Below are positions 14,876 through 22,350 of a stretch of 24,806 bases of DNA, one piece after another. This DNA comes from a virus (taxonomy: Duplodnaviria; Heunggongvirae; Uroviricota; Caudoviricetes): IMG/VR virus record IMGVR_UViG_2541047691_000012; one strand, given 5' to 3'. Made by a program: the position numbers and the translations under genes. Below the pieces are notes generated by a model that worked only from the letters and a program-made list of their open reading frames with translations, was not told where the DNA came from and made no database searches. How positions within the stretch are numbered: position 1 is the stretch's first letter; the number at the start of each line of letters is the position of its first letter.

Positions 14876-17625
14876 CTGGTCAGGCCACCCCGCAGCAGGT
14901 CTGCTTTGCGGCGGGCGCGTTCAGTGGTTTCACTGATTCTCTGTGCGTGCTCTGCGTCACGGATGGCGCGCAGCATGTCAGAAAGCACGGTAACGGGTGT
15001 TTTCATGGTGTTCTGGTCTTGCTGAAGTGTGGATGCCAGGCGTGCGGCGGCTTCGGGGTCTGATGCCCCTAGCTGTTCCAGATAACTGGCGACCGGGTTA
15101 TGGCGGATCTCCGTGCTGCTTACGCCGTGATTACGGCTCAGGCGCTGCCAGAGCTGCGTGATTCGGTTGTCCGGGCGGGTATCCGGTTTGCGTACAATTT
15201 CAAATCCCTGCGGTGCAATGATGCTGCCGTCAACGTACAGACTGCCGCCCCGTAACAGGTGCTGCATCTGCTGTTCACCGATATGCAGGCCGAGAGATTC
15301 AGCAGACTCCCGCCATTCTTTAGCGAGTAACTCGTGGTTATCAGGCAAAGGCTGTGGCTGTTTGCGGCTCTGTGTCCAGTTCTGCATTTCAGCACTGCTG
15401 TTTTTTGCCTGTTTGTCACGCAGCGAACGCATCAGCGCCCGGCGTTCGTGCCGTTTCAGTGAGCGCATCCATTCATTCACTTCAACGCCGTCAGGGAGCT
15501 GCGGCCACAGTGCTGGCCGTTCTTCCGGCTGTTCTGTCCCGTTGTTGTTCGTTTCCTGTACACGGGGACAGTTATTGCCACGAGTCCAAGGGGCGGCAGG
15601 GCCGCCCTGAAGGTCAAAACCATTTTCGCGGGTGCTGTCCTCCGCTTCCGGTTTACGTCTTACCAGCTTCCAGTTATCCGGATGCGTGCACACACGGGAG
15701 GATTCCCCGATGAATGGCGACCAGATCCCGTAAATCTGTACACTCTGTTCGCCGTAATCGTTAAGCTCATCTGCGAGGTCGTAGGCTGTGCGAATCAGGT
15801 AGTCCTTGCGCGGAACAAGTACGCCACCCTGTTTTTCAATGTAGGTGGCAAAACACCCGGCATCAGCGGCAGCAAGAACCGCATCCATTGCGTCATCCTT
15901 CAGCCGTTGCGGGCCTTCCGGGTTGCGTGCCATCTGGCTGGCAAGGCGGCGGAGTTCACGCCACACCTGACGGGAGGGGATGCCAAAGAACTGGAACTGG
16001 CGGACCCGGTGAAGGCGCGCCCAGCCGATGGCGCGCTCCACGCTCTCGGCCATTGATTTATCTGTTTCGTGGTCAACGCGTGGCTTGCCCGTTTTCGGGT
16101 CGATGCCATCCACGGCGCGGCTGTCCAGGTTCTTTCCGATGTAGGTGGCGATGTAGCTGGTTGGCGTGCCTTTTGAGCCGTCGACGAACTCCGCCTTAAA
16201 GCGTGGGGTAATATCATCACCCAGCTCGTGACGATCTTCCTGAATGGCAATATCGCGGGTGTGGGACACAATGGTGTCGATTTCTTCCGGATGAGCAAAG
16301 ACCATCATATGCCAGTGCACGGTGCCGTCATGGTGAGGCTCCACCGTGCGGATGCCATACCAGCGCAGGCCGTCGCGGTTCAGTTTCTTGCGGACCGCTG
16401 CAAAAAACGTGTTAACCAGGTAATCGCTGGAGTCGCGCATGGTGGCCCCGTTCCATTTGGGATTCGGATGACCGTTCTCTGTTGTGGCGTGGTATTTTGA
16501 CGGGCAGGTGACAGTCAGAAACACCGCTTTGTCGCCACGGGCTTCGGCCAGAAGTTCCAGCCCCTTCATGGTGGCCATCATTTCTGCCTTACGGTGAACC
16601 GGGTTACTTACTCCCGCGTAATACACTGTCTCGAGATCAATCGTGAACCCGTCTTCGTTTTCCAGCATGAAACTTTTCAGGAAATCGCGTGTTTTCTCGC
16701 TCTGTGCGCGAAACTCGCTTAACGCGTCCTGGCTCAGATAGGGTGATGTTTTTCTGGAAACCAGACAGGCGGCGCGGAGTTGTTCTTCTCTCCACTCGCA
16801 ACGTAACAGCCACAGTTTGCGTTTCCACCATTCCGCACAGGTCAGGCGAAGGATTGCGCCCGGCAGCAGCTCCGTGTCCGGTTCGTTCCTCCGGTCTTTA
16901 TCTGTTGTCAGTGCGTCATAATGTGGAGGCATGATGTGCAGGTGTAACGCCATGCGGGCCAGCATCTGATACGCCTTCAGCGTTACATCCATGGTCAGTT
17001 CGCCATCGGTCGCGCCAAAGCCATCGCAGAGTTTTTCGAAGGTGCTGCTGAACATCGCCGCCGTCATGGTGGCCAGCGTCTGTATCTGGTGTTTGTTGAG
17101 CTGCGGCAGGTAAAGCAAATCGTCCAGGCGTTCGCGTCCGGCAAGGGAGCGATAACCCTGTGTCAGCCAGCGGTGATCGGTGCGCTCCAGACGTTCGAAT
17201 ATTTTGCGCAGGGTTCCGCGTGCATAGCGTTCCGCCTGCCAGCTCTTTTTGCCTTTCCGGCGATCGGCTTCCTGTTTTTTGCGCAGGAAGGAGAGGTGGC
17301 GAATAAGCGGATCGCGCAGATAGGACGGCAGCAGGCGCAGCGAGGCCATGGCTTCATCCACCGCGCCGCGTGCCTGTTTTCTGGCGTCTCCTGCCAGTGC
17401 GATGGTTTTGTCCTGTTTTTCCTGTGCGTCCAGGCTTTTATTAATCAGGTTGCCCAGCGGCGTGGCGGAGAACGCCGCATCAGCCATTTTCTGGCGGCGC
17501 TCGTTCTCTGCCCGGTAGGCATCCAGCCAGGAGGAAAGCACGGATTCAGGAGCGGGGATCCCCGTTCCTTCACGCCCTACTGCGTGGCGCGGTTGTTGCC
17601 AGTCCCTGATGTACTCTGTCGTCAT
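14803..17625 (-). CDS. A: Rolling-circle replication initiator endonuclease (P2 gpA-like)
   Basis: 940 aa. HHDGTVHWHMMVF matches the P2 A motif HHDGTPHWHMMLF, and YIATYIGKN matches the YxxxY catalytic tyrosine pair (P2 YVAKYISKN). Longer than P2 A (761 aa). Confidence 0.9.
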   Translation of the reverse strand: MTTEYIRDWQQPRHAVGREGTGIPAPESVLSSWLDAYRAENERRQKMADAAFSATPLGNLINKSLDAQEKQDKTIALAGDARKQARGAVDEAMASLRLLPSYLRDPLIRHLSFLRKKQEADRRKGKKSWQAERYARGTLRKIFERLERTDHRWLTQGYRSLAGRERLDDLLYLPQLNKHQIQTLATMTAAMFSSTFEKLCDGFGATDGELTMDVTLKAYQMLARMALHLHIMPPHYDALTTDKDRRNEPDTELLPGAILRLTCAEWWKRKLWLLRCEWREEQLRAACLVSRKTSPYLSQDALSEFRAQSEKTRDFLKSFMLENEDGFTIDLETVYYAGVSNPVHRKAEMMATMKGLELLAEARGDKAVFLTVTCPSKYHATTENGHPNPKWNGATMRDSSDYLVNTFFAAVRKKLNRDGLRWYGIRTVEPHHDGTVHWHMMVFAHPEEIDTIVSHTRDIAIQEDRHELGDDITPRFKAEFVDGSKGTPTSYIATYIGKNLDSRAVDGIDPKTGKPRVDHETDKSMAESVERAIGWARLHRVRQFQFFGIPSRQVWRELRRLASQMARNPEGPQRLKDDAMDAVLAAADAGCFATYIEKQGGVLVPRKDYLIRTAYDLADELNDYGEQSVQIYGIWSPFIGESSRVCTHPDNWKLVRRKPEAEDSTRENGFDLQGGPAAPWTRGNNCPRVQETNNNGTEQPEERPALWPQLPDGVEVNEWMRSLKRHERRALMRSLRDKQAKNSSAEMQNWTQSRKQPQPLPDNHELLAKEWRESAESLGLHIGEQQMQHLLRGGSLYVDGSIIAPQGFEIVRKPDTRPDNRITQLWQRLSRNHGVSSTEIRHNPVASYLEQLGASDPEAAARLASTLQQDQNTMKTPVTVLSDMLRAIRDAEHAQRISETTERARRKADLLRGGLTSGNKKQTETGFTNPVNEQKTRHKT

Positions 17626-17631
17626 ACTGAT

Positions 17632-17997
17632 TTACTTCGTCATACCGTTGAGGGTGTCACGGCAAACGGCAGCCAGCCGCTGAATTTCCAGCACGGTGTC
17701 TTCTGTGTCGGCATGGCGATGTGTGATGCGGATGCTGTCGGCAATCACATCGACGATTGCAGAGGATGGGCGCTGGTAAATGCCAATAACGGACGGGGTG
17801 CCACCTTCAATGCGGTAAAGCCTGTAATTTCCCTCGTGGCTGTCAATCATGTAGCGACCATCAATAACAATCTTTCCGTCAGCGAGCTGCGGTACAGGCA
17901 GGGATTTCAGGTACATGTCATAACGATCACGCACGCGAGCGGCAAGATCACGTTCTGTGTTGAGCAGATATTCAAGAAAGTCGTTGGCGAGAATCAT
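17632..17997 (-). CDS. Hypothetical early-region protein (121 aa) immediately upstream of A
   Basis: ORF with no overlap, 6 nt from the A start. Function not recognised. Confidence 0.5.
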   Translation of the reverse strand: MILANDFLEYLLNTERDLAARVRDRYDMYLKSLPVPQLADGKIVIDGRYMIDSHEGNYRLYRIEGGTPSVIGIYQRPSSAIVDVIADSIRITHRHADTEDTVLEIQRLAAVCRDTLNGMTK

Positions 17998-18069
17998 TGC
18001 GGCAATCCTCTTGTTACAGATGTGCGAAGGCCTCCCGCCGCAAGGTGCAGGAAAGGCCCGGAACAGGAA

Positions 18070-18300
18070 TTAATGGAGTTTGTTTTGCTGCTGGATGAGC
18101 TTTTGAAGCTCGCGCAGATCATCTGCCAGATAGCTGAAAACAGAGGCGGAATAGCTGTTCGATAGTGCGTGACTGCGTTCATGCAGCATATTGATGTGCA
18201 TGATATGCGCGACGCGGAATGCGCGGAAAAGTCTGCGGTTGATTTCAGTCTGGATGTGACGACGCTCCGCGATAGCGCGGTGCTGTTTGCGGTTTGCCAT
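18070..18300 (-). CDS. Hypothetical small basic protein (76 aa)
   Basis: ATG with a strong SD (AAGAGG, 9 nt spacing). Arg/His-rich N-terminus. Function not recognised. Confidence 0.5.
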   Translation of the reverse strand: MANRKQHRAIAERRHIQTEINRRLFRAFRVAHIMHINMLHERSHALSNSYSASVFSYLADDLRELQKLIQQQNKLH

Positions 18301-18476
18301 GGTGTGGCCTCTTTGGTTGTAAGTTTTGAAAACTCACCATCCAGAGCTGCGAAACTGTGGGTGGCGAGACGTACGGGGTTCGCAGTACCGGCAACCAAAG
18401 AACCCGGCCCGACCGAAGTCGGCCCCGTACGCCCCGCCATAATTCGTGTGCGAAAAAGACGTGGCAATACAGTACG

Positions 18477-18500
18477 CACAAAAAAACCGCTGGCGCGGTT
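18477..18500 (-). terminator. Intrinsic terminator inside the structured region (AACCGC-GCCA-GCGGUU followed by a U-run)
   Basis: Minus-strand reading: aaccgcgccagcggtttttttgtg; short GC stem followed by a U-run of at least 5. Confidence 0.45.
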
Positions 18501-18638
18501 GTGCGCTTTGGTTGTCAGCAGGCTGCGAAACCCGGCACCCGTTTTATGAGGTGCAGCGGAAATGTAACCTGACTGATTGCGGCATGGCAAGCGGTTTTTT
18601 TGTGAGAACGGCATACTAAAAAAAATCCTGATACTGCT

Positions 18639-18663
18639 CCGGCCAGCGATTTTCACTGGCCGG
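18639..18663 (-). terminator. Stem-loop 7 nt downstream of the SPFH gene stop (ccggccag...ctggccgg)
   Basis: 8 bp perfect stem with 9 nt loop; a U8 run follows 13 nt later on the minus strand, which is further than ideal. Confidence 0.35.
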
Positions 18664-18669
18664 GTTTAA

Positions 18670-19494
18670 TTACTTCACCGGAACAAACGGAACAGCGGTG
18701 TTGCTGGTCATGTATTGCGGCAGCGTGCCGTTCCATTTGTTGATTGCTTCCAGCTCCATAACGCCGGGATTCTGGCGCAGAGCTTCACCGCGTAAACGAA
18801 TGGCGTCGGCTTCAGCCTGGGCTTTTGTGCGAATGGCATCAGCCTGTCCGGCAGCTTCTGCGCGCAACATGTTGGCTTCTGCTTCGCGTTGCTTGACTTC
18901 CTGTTCGCGTTGCAGGGTTTTCTGGTTTGCCGTGACTTTGGCGTTAATGCTGTCGATAACGGTTGGCGGATATTCCGGTTTACCGACATAAGAGAGGCTC
19001 ATGACCTGAATGCCGATAGGTGTCATTTCTGACTGAATGTCTTTAAGTGCTGAATCCAGCAGTTCAGACTTGCCACCGTCGATAAACTTATCGGTGGTCA
19101 TTTTGCTGGCCAGTCGGTTGAGTGCATCGGCGATCTTCTGGCGCAGGTCAGTGTCGGTAATGTCATCCACGCCTTTGCGGTAGGTCTGAAACACAGTGGT
19201 AACTTTGGATGGATCAACTTTGTAGGCCACGCCGATGTGATAGCCGATGGTTGTGCCGTCACTCATCTGGAAGTTGAACGGCTCATCGTAAGTCTTCATT
19301 TGTTTGAAAGTCGGGAAGATGTAAACCTCTGTATTCCAGCCTGTCCAGTAGCGGCCAACGCCAACTACTTCACCGACGCCTTTATCGTCGCCCAGTTTGT
19401 TGACTTTGATGCCTACATTGCCCGGCTCCACGCGGTCACAGCCAACCAGAAGTGTGGTCATCAGGAGAGGGATGAGTGGTAATAGTTTTTTCAT
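18670..19494 (-). CDS. SPFH/band-7 (prohibitin/stomatin-like) lipoprotein
   Basis: 274 aa. Signal peptide plus lipobox (MKKLLPLIPLLMTTLLVGC). Core and C-terminal Ala/Glu/Arg/Gln-rich coiled-coil region (QREQEVKQREAEANMLRAEAAGQADAIRTKAQAEADAIRLRGEALRQNPGVMELEAINKW) typical of SPFH proteins. ATGA overlap with the upstream small membrane gene. Confidence 0.8.
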   Translation of the reverse strand: MKKLLPLIPLLMTTLLVGCDRVEPGNVGIKVNKLGDDKGVGEVVGVGRYWTGWNTEVYIFPTFKQMKTYDEPFNFQMSDGTTIGYHIGVAYKVDPSKVTTVFQTYRKGVDDITDTDLRQKIADALNRLASKMTTDKFIDGGKSELLDSALKDIQSEMTPIGIQVMSLSYVGKPEYPPTVIDSINAKVTANQKTLQREQEVKQREAEANMLRAEAAGQADAIRTKAQAEADAIRLRGEALRQNPGVMELEAINKWNGTLPQYMTSNTAVPFVPVK

Positions 19495-19703
19495 TGTTTG
19501 GTTTCCATAATTGCTTTGATGTAGTTACTGAAAAAGCGAACAACGCCCGCCGGGTACAGCAAGGCGACAAAAATGCCCAGCAATACCAGGAAGGAGCTGT
19601 CTGATGAAATCATTCTGGGAAGTAGCCCCACATACAGAATGAGAGAAACGAGGACGCATACCAGCGCCCACATGTATGCGCGAAACCAGGTCTTTTTGTT
19701 CAT
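19491..19703 (-). CDS. Small two-helix membrane protein (70 aa), translationally coupled to the SPFH lipoprotein gene
   Basis: Two hydrophobic segments (WALVCVLVSLILYVGLL and FLVLLGIFVALLYPAGVV). SD AAAGGA upstream. Its stop overlaps the SPFH start. Confidence 0.6.
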   Translation of the reverse strand: MNKKTWFRAYMWALVCVLVSLILYVGLLPRMISSDSSFLVLLGIFVALLYPAGVVRFFSNYIKAIMETKQ

Positions 19704-19714
19704 ATCGCGGTCCT

Positions 19715-20014
19715 TTACTGGTTAAGGAAAAAATCAAAAACCTTGTCGATGCGTTGCAGTAGCTCTCGTTGCATTGTTTCCGGCGTTTCTGGTTCACCAG
19801 GCGAACCCAGTGGTGCGCAGAAATCAGCGATTTCATGATGGAGCGTCAGGCGAATGGCTGGAGCCATGGTTCTGGCGTGCTCCAGCTCATCCAGCAGTGC
19901 CAGCACAGCAGACGGCGAGAGCATTGCGCGAAATGCCAGTAATTTTTGAGGTGTTGCCATTCGTTGCAGGGCAAATGCCAGTTCGCGTAGCTTCTGGTGG
20001 TTGATGGTGCTCAT
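19715..20014 (-). CDS. Hypothetical protein (99 aa)
   Basis: ORF whose start overlaps the stop of the upstream 88 aa gene (ATGA). Function not recognised. Confidence 0.5.
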   Translation of the reverse strand: MSTINHQKLRELAFALQRMATPQKLLAFRAMLSPSAVLALLDELEHARTMAPAIRLTLHHEIADFCAPLGSPGEPETPETMQRELLQRIDKVFDFFLNQ

Positions 20015-20277
20015 GTTCTGGCTTCCTTCAGTAGCTGGTTAAACATGTGAGTAAGTGGATTGCTACACCCGAACGGCATCGGGTTTACGTGGTAAGAAGC
20101 CTGGCCTCCAGTTTTGCGAGCGCGACCACCTGTGCTGCGGTTTGTTCTGATGACTAAGCCGCCGCGCCAAAGTTGGCGTAACTCAGCATTAATGGCTGTG
20201 GTTGGAGTATTCAGTGCTGCGGCGATCTCTCCGCCGCTACACCCCGGATGAGTAGCGATGTAGTCCAGAATGGTCAT
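20011..20277 (-). CDS. Putative winged-helix DNA-binding protein (88 aa)
   Basis: N-terminus MTILDYIATHPGCSGGEIAAALNTPTTAINAELRQLWRGGLVIR has the pattern of a winged HTH; Gly/Arg-rich middle. Translationally coupled on both sides. Confidence 0.5.
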   Translation of the reverse strand: MTILDYIATHPGCSGGEIAAALNTPTTAINAELRQLWRGGLVIRTNRSTGGRARKTGGQASYHVNPMPFGCSNPLTHMFNQLLKEART

Positions 20278-20477
20278 CTGCGTGGCTCCTGTACCTGTCG
20301 GATAAGGTTTACCCGCGCCACATTAGTGGCGCAGAAGTAAGTGCCGTCAGTGAGGTAGATGTGGTGTGCATCCTTTTCCGAACGATGTTTGTCGATAGTG
20401 GTAATCAGGCGTTCGTCGACCTCGTATTCGCGCCCTCTGGAGGTAAAGCGAACGACGGGAAAATGCTTAATTGCCAT
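20274..20477 (-). CDS. Hypothetical small protein (67 aa)
   Basis: ATG with SD AAGGGGG about 7 nt upstream. First gene of a coupled three-gene set. Confidence 0.45.
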   Translation of the reverse strand: MAIKHFPVVRFTSRGREYEVDERLITTIDKHRSEKDAHHIYLTDGTYFCATNVARVNLIRQVQEPRR

Positions 20478-20500
20478 TGCGCCCCCTTTGTCCAGTAACT

Positions 20501-20911
20501 CTATGCGTTAAATACGGTGCACTGTGCGTCATCAATGAATGCGACTTGAGAGCGCTCTATCAGGCGGAGATTTGTCAGAATTTCTGATTCCCTTATGGGG
20601 TGAGGAGTGATCAGGTATTTATCCTGTAACCCGGCGATAATGGTGTATCGCTGTAGCTCCGAGCCAATTGTGTAAATAAGGCGTCCGGTGTTAGACAAAT
20701 CCAGTCCGGTGACTGGTTGTGTTCTGAGAACCGCCAGTTCAGCATCCTGTTTTGCGATAATTTCGGCTGCTTCTGCCGTGACTCTTGCGACTATCAGTGT
20801 GTGGGTTGCGACGTCCATATGATTATTTGCTATGGCTTTTTTCGCTACTTCGTTTTCTGTCTTTGAAATTTCTTTCAGTGCTCTGATGATACCTTCTTCT
20901 TTTGCGTGCAT
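20501..20911 (-). CDS. Hypothetical protein (136 aa)
   Basis: ORF with SD GGAG about 10 nt upstream. Preceded by an AT-rich intergenic region. Function not recognised. Confidence 0.5.
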   Translation of the reverse strand: MHAKEEGIIRALKEISKTENEVAKKAIANNHMDVATHTLIVARVTAEAAEIIAKQDAELAVLRTQPVTGLDLSNTGRLIYTIGSELQRYTIIAGLQDKYLITPHPIRESEILTNLRLIERSQVAFIDDAQCTVFNA

Positions 20912-21004
20912 TTTTGTATCTCCGTTATTTGCGTGTGCGAATACCTCCGTTAATACGGATGGTTTTCACGTTTTCTTATTTAATTTGATGTTTTATTTGT
21001 ATCG

Positions 21005-21118
21005 TTATTCACCAGTGAAAAAACGTTCAATCTTTTTTACTGAATGAATAATTCGCATAATTCCAATGGCGCAGGCCACCGAAATAATCAGAACAAGCCA
21101 TGAGATAAATATACTCAT
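21005..21118 (-). CDS. Small hydrophobic membrane peptide (37 aa), not in the supplied ORF track
   Basis: Hand-translated from the minus strand: MSIFISWLVLIISVACAIGIMRIIHSVKKIERFFTGE. Single TM helix plus basic tail. The ATG overlaps the stop of the upstream 81 aa gene (ATGA). SD GGGGAA about 9 nt upstream. Locally AT-rich. Confidence 0.4.
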   Translation of the reverse strand: MSIFISWLVLIISVACAIGIMRIIHSVKKIERFFTGE

Positions 21119-21357
21119 GCGATATTCCCCAGCTTATACGGTTCAATATGTTCCCCGCATTCTGCGGCACAGATCAGCTCGGAAAGTTCGTTAAGTGCAT
21201 CCAGATCATCAGCGTAAAAAGCGACGTCATACAAACTCCGGATTGCCCTGGTCAATGAGTCACGGGCTGCACGTTCAGCATGAGCGCCTGATGCACTTAA
21301 GCGAAAATAAAAACGCTCAAGTGCTTTGTTAATGAGAGTTTTATATTCTTTGCCCAT
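21115..21357 (-). CDS. Hypothetical protein (~80 aa)
   Basis: ORF; ATG at 21357 preferred over the adjacent GTG at 21360. SD AAAGGG upstream. Confidence 0.5.
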   Translation of the reverse strand: MGKEYKTLINKALERFYFRLSASGAHAERAARDSLTRAIRSLYDVAFYADDLDALNELSELICAAECGEHIEPYKLGNIA

Positions 21358-21368
21358 CACAACGCCCT

Positions 21369-21656
21369 TTAATCTGCTTTCTGTATTTCAGCTTCTGAAT
21401 CCATACAAATAATTTCGATATAGGGTTCATCGCCATTAACTTGGCGTGCCTTTTCATCTTCGCTAATGATTTCTCGTACGGTCTGGTACGGAAGTTCCAC
21501 AAGCAGTCGCGTGCCGTTCAGATAAACGTAAGTGGCTTCGTCGGCTCCGTTTTTACCCGCCGGAGTCACTCCGTCAATAGCGGATGCACGTAATAACAGT
21601 TCACCGCGAAAATCAATAAAACGGATAAATACACCTTGTGCATGGTCTTTGGTCAT
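21369..21656 (-). CDS. Hypothetical protein (95 aa)
   Basis: Start set at the internal ATG (MTKDHAQGVFIRF...). The longer GTG-initiated form would overlap the upstream gene by ~100 nt out of frame. Confidence 0.5.
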   Translation of the reverse strand: MTKDHAQGVFIRFIDFRGELLLRASAIDGVTPAGKNGADEATYVYLNGTRLLVELPYQTVREIISEDEKARQVNGDEPYIEIICMDSEAEIQKAD

Positions 21657-21666
21657 AAAGCACCCG

Positions 21667-22017
21667 TTATAAATCAGCCTGTTTAATAAAACTTTGCCCG
21701 CGAAGCAGACGATCAACCGTGCGAAGTGCTTCGTATAATGTGAAATCCTGCCCAAACTGATTGTCGCCACAGCTCAATGCAAAAATGCGGTTTCCGGTAA
21801 ACGGATTGCGTGGGCATTTGTGGACCACAATTCCAGCTTTCTCAATCAGCCAGGTATGCTCGCCGATTTGTTTTACTGGGTAGCCATCCGGCGTTGCGTG
21901 TGTTTCGCTCAGGCTGTAGCGAGAGTTGCTACGTGATGCACTGGTAGCGAAACGGTTAGCGTGGCGTTCCGCACCGTTGCGGAAGCGCGGCTGTGAAGAA
22001 TTGCGCTGTAGTTTCAT
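21667..22017 (-). CDS. Hypothetical protein (116 aa), first gene after the divergent promoter region
   Basis: ATG start. Basic Ser/Arg-rich N-terminus. Function not recognised. Confidence 0.5.
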   Translation of the reverse strand: MKLQRNSSQPRFRNGAERHANRFATSASRSNSRYSLSETHATPDGYPVKQIGEHTWLIEKAGIVVHKCPRNPFTGNRIFALSCGDNQFGQDFTLYEALRTVDRLLRGQSFIKQADL

Positions 22018-22152
22018 ATTAAAACTCTGTACCTTCGGTAAGGTGTACTCGTGTCACCTTGTATTGATTTGTGGTATTTTTTGTGTGTCTAGGACTTGGA
22101 CTGGCCGGTTCAGGTCCTGGCTTATGTTTAATTAAATTGTTTAGAGGTTTTC

Positions 22153-22344
22153 ATGTCAGAAGATAAAAAAGTTGTTAATTTGTTGAGTGACCTTAGTGCT
22201 GCTCTGGATAACATTAACCCTCCTAGGGTAAAAACGACGGGTGATAAAGACGCATTAAACGCAGAGATTCATATATTACTGGCGTTAGTAACTGACAAAA
22301 TTCAGCGTAAATACCCACCTGTCACACAACTGGTTGATTTTTAA
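22153..22344 (+). CDS. Small plus-strand protein (63 aa) in the AT-rich island, convergent with the 140 aa gene
   Basis: ATG with SD GAGG 5 nt upstream. Only plus-strand gene in an otherwise minus-strand early region, which suggests independent expression. Confidence 0.45.
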   Translation: MSEDKKVVNLLSDLSAALDNINPPRVKTTGDKDALNAEIHILLALVTDKIQRKYPPVTQLVDF

Positions 22345-22350
22345 TTTGAT

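Larger units (their letters stand above)
18301..18669 (-). other. Long structured non-coding region (candidate sRNA / regulatory RNA locus)
   Basis: ~370 bp without a credible ORF. Nested complementarity on the minus strand: CGTACGGGG...CCCCGTACG enclosing CCGAC-UUCG-GUCGG (a UUCG tetraloop hairpin). caaccaaag (18391-18399) is complementary to ctttggttg at 18311-18319 and 18506-18514. gctgcgaaac is repeated at 18347 and 18512. Confidence 0.4.

Noticed and set aside
17089-18165. 358 aa plus-strand ORF overlapping the 5' end of A and the upstream small genes
   Set aside because: Antisense to convincingly assigned minus-strand genes. Composition typical of a GC-rich shadow frame.
17994-18656. 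220 aa minus-strand ORF spanning the structured non-coding region
   Set aside because: Arg/Ser/Thr-rich low-complexity translation. Overlaps the 76 aa gene, which has a strong SD. The region is better explained as structured RNA/DNA.
18301-18669. Retron msr/msd hypothesis for the structured region
   Set aside because: No reverse transcriptase gene is adjacent or anywhere in the window. The structure is kept as an sRNA/regulatory candidate only.
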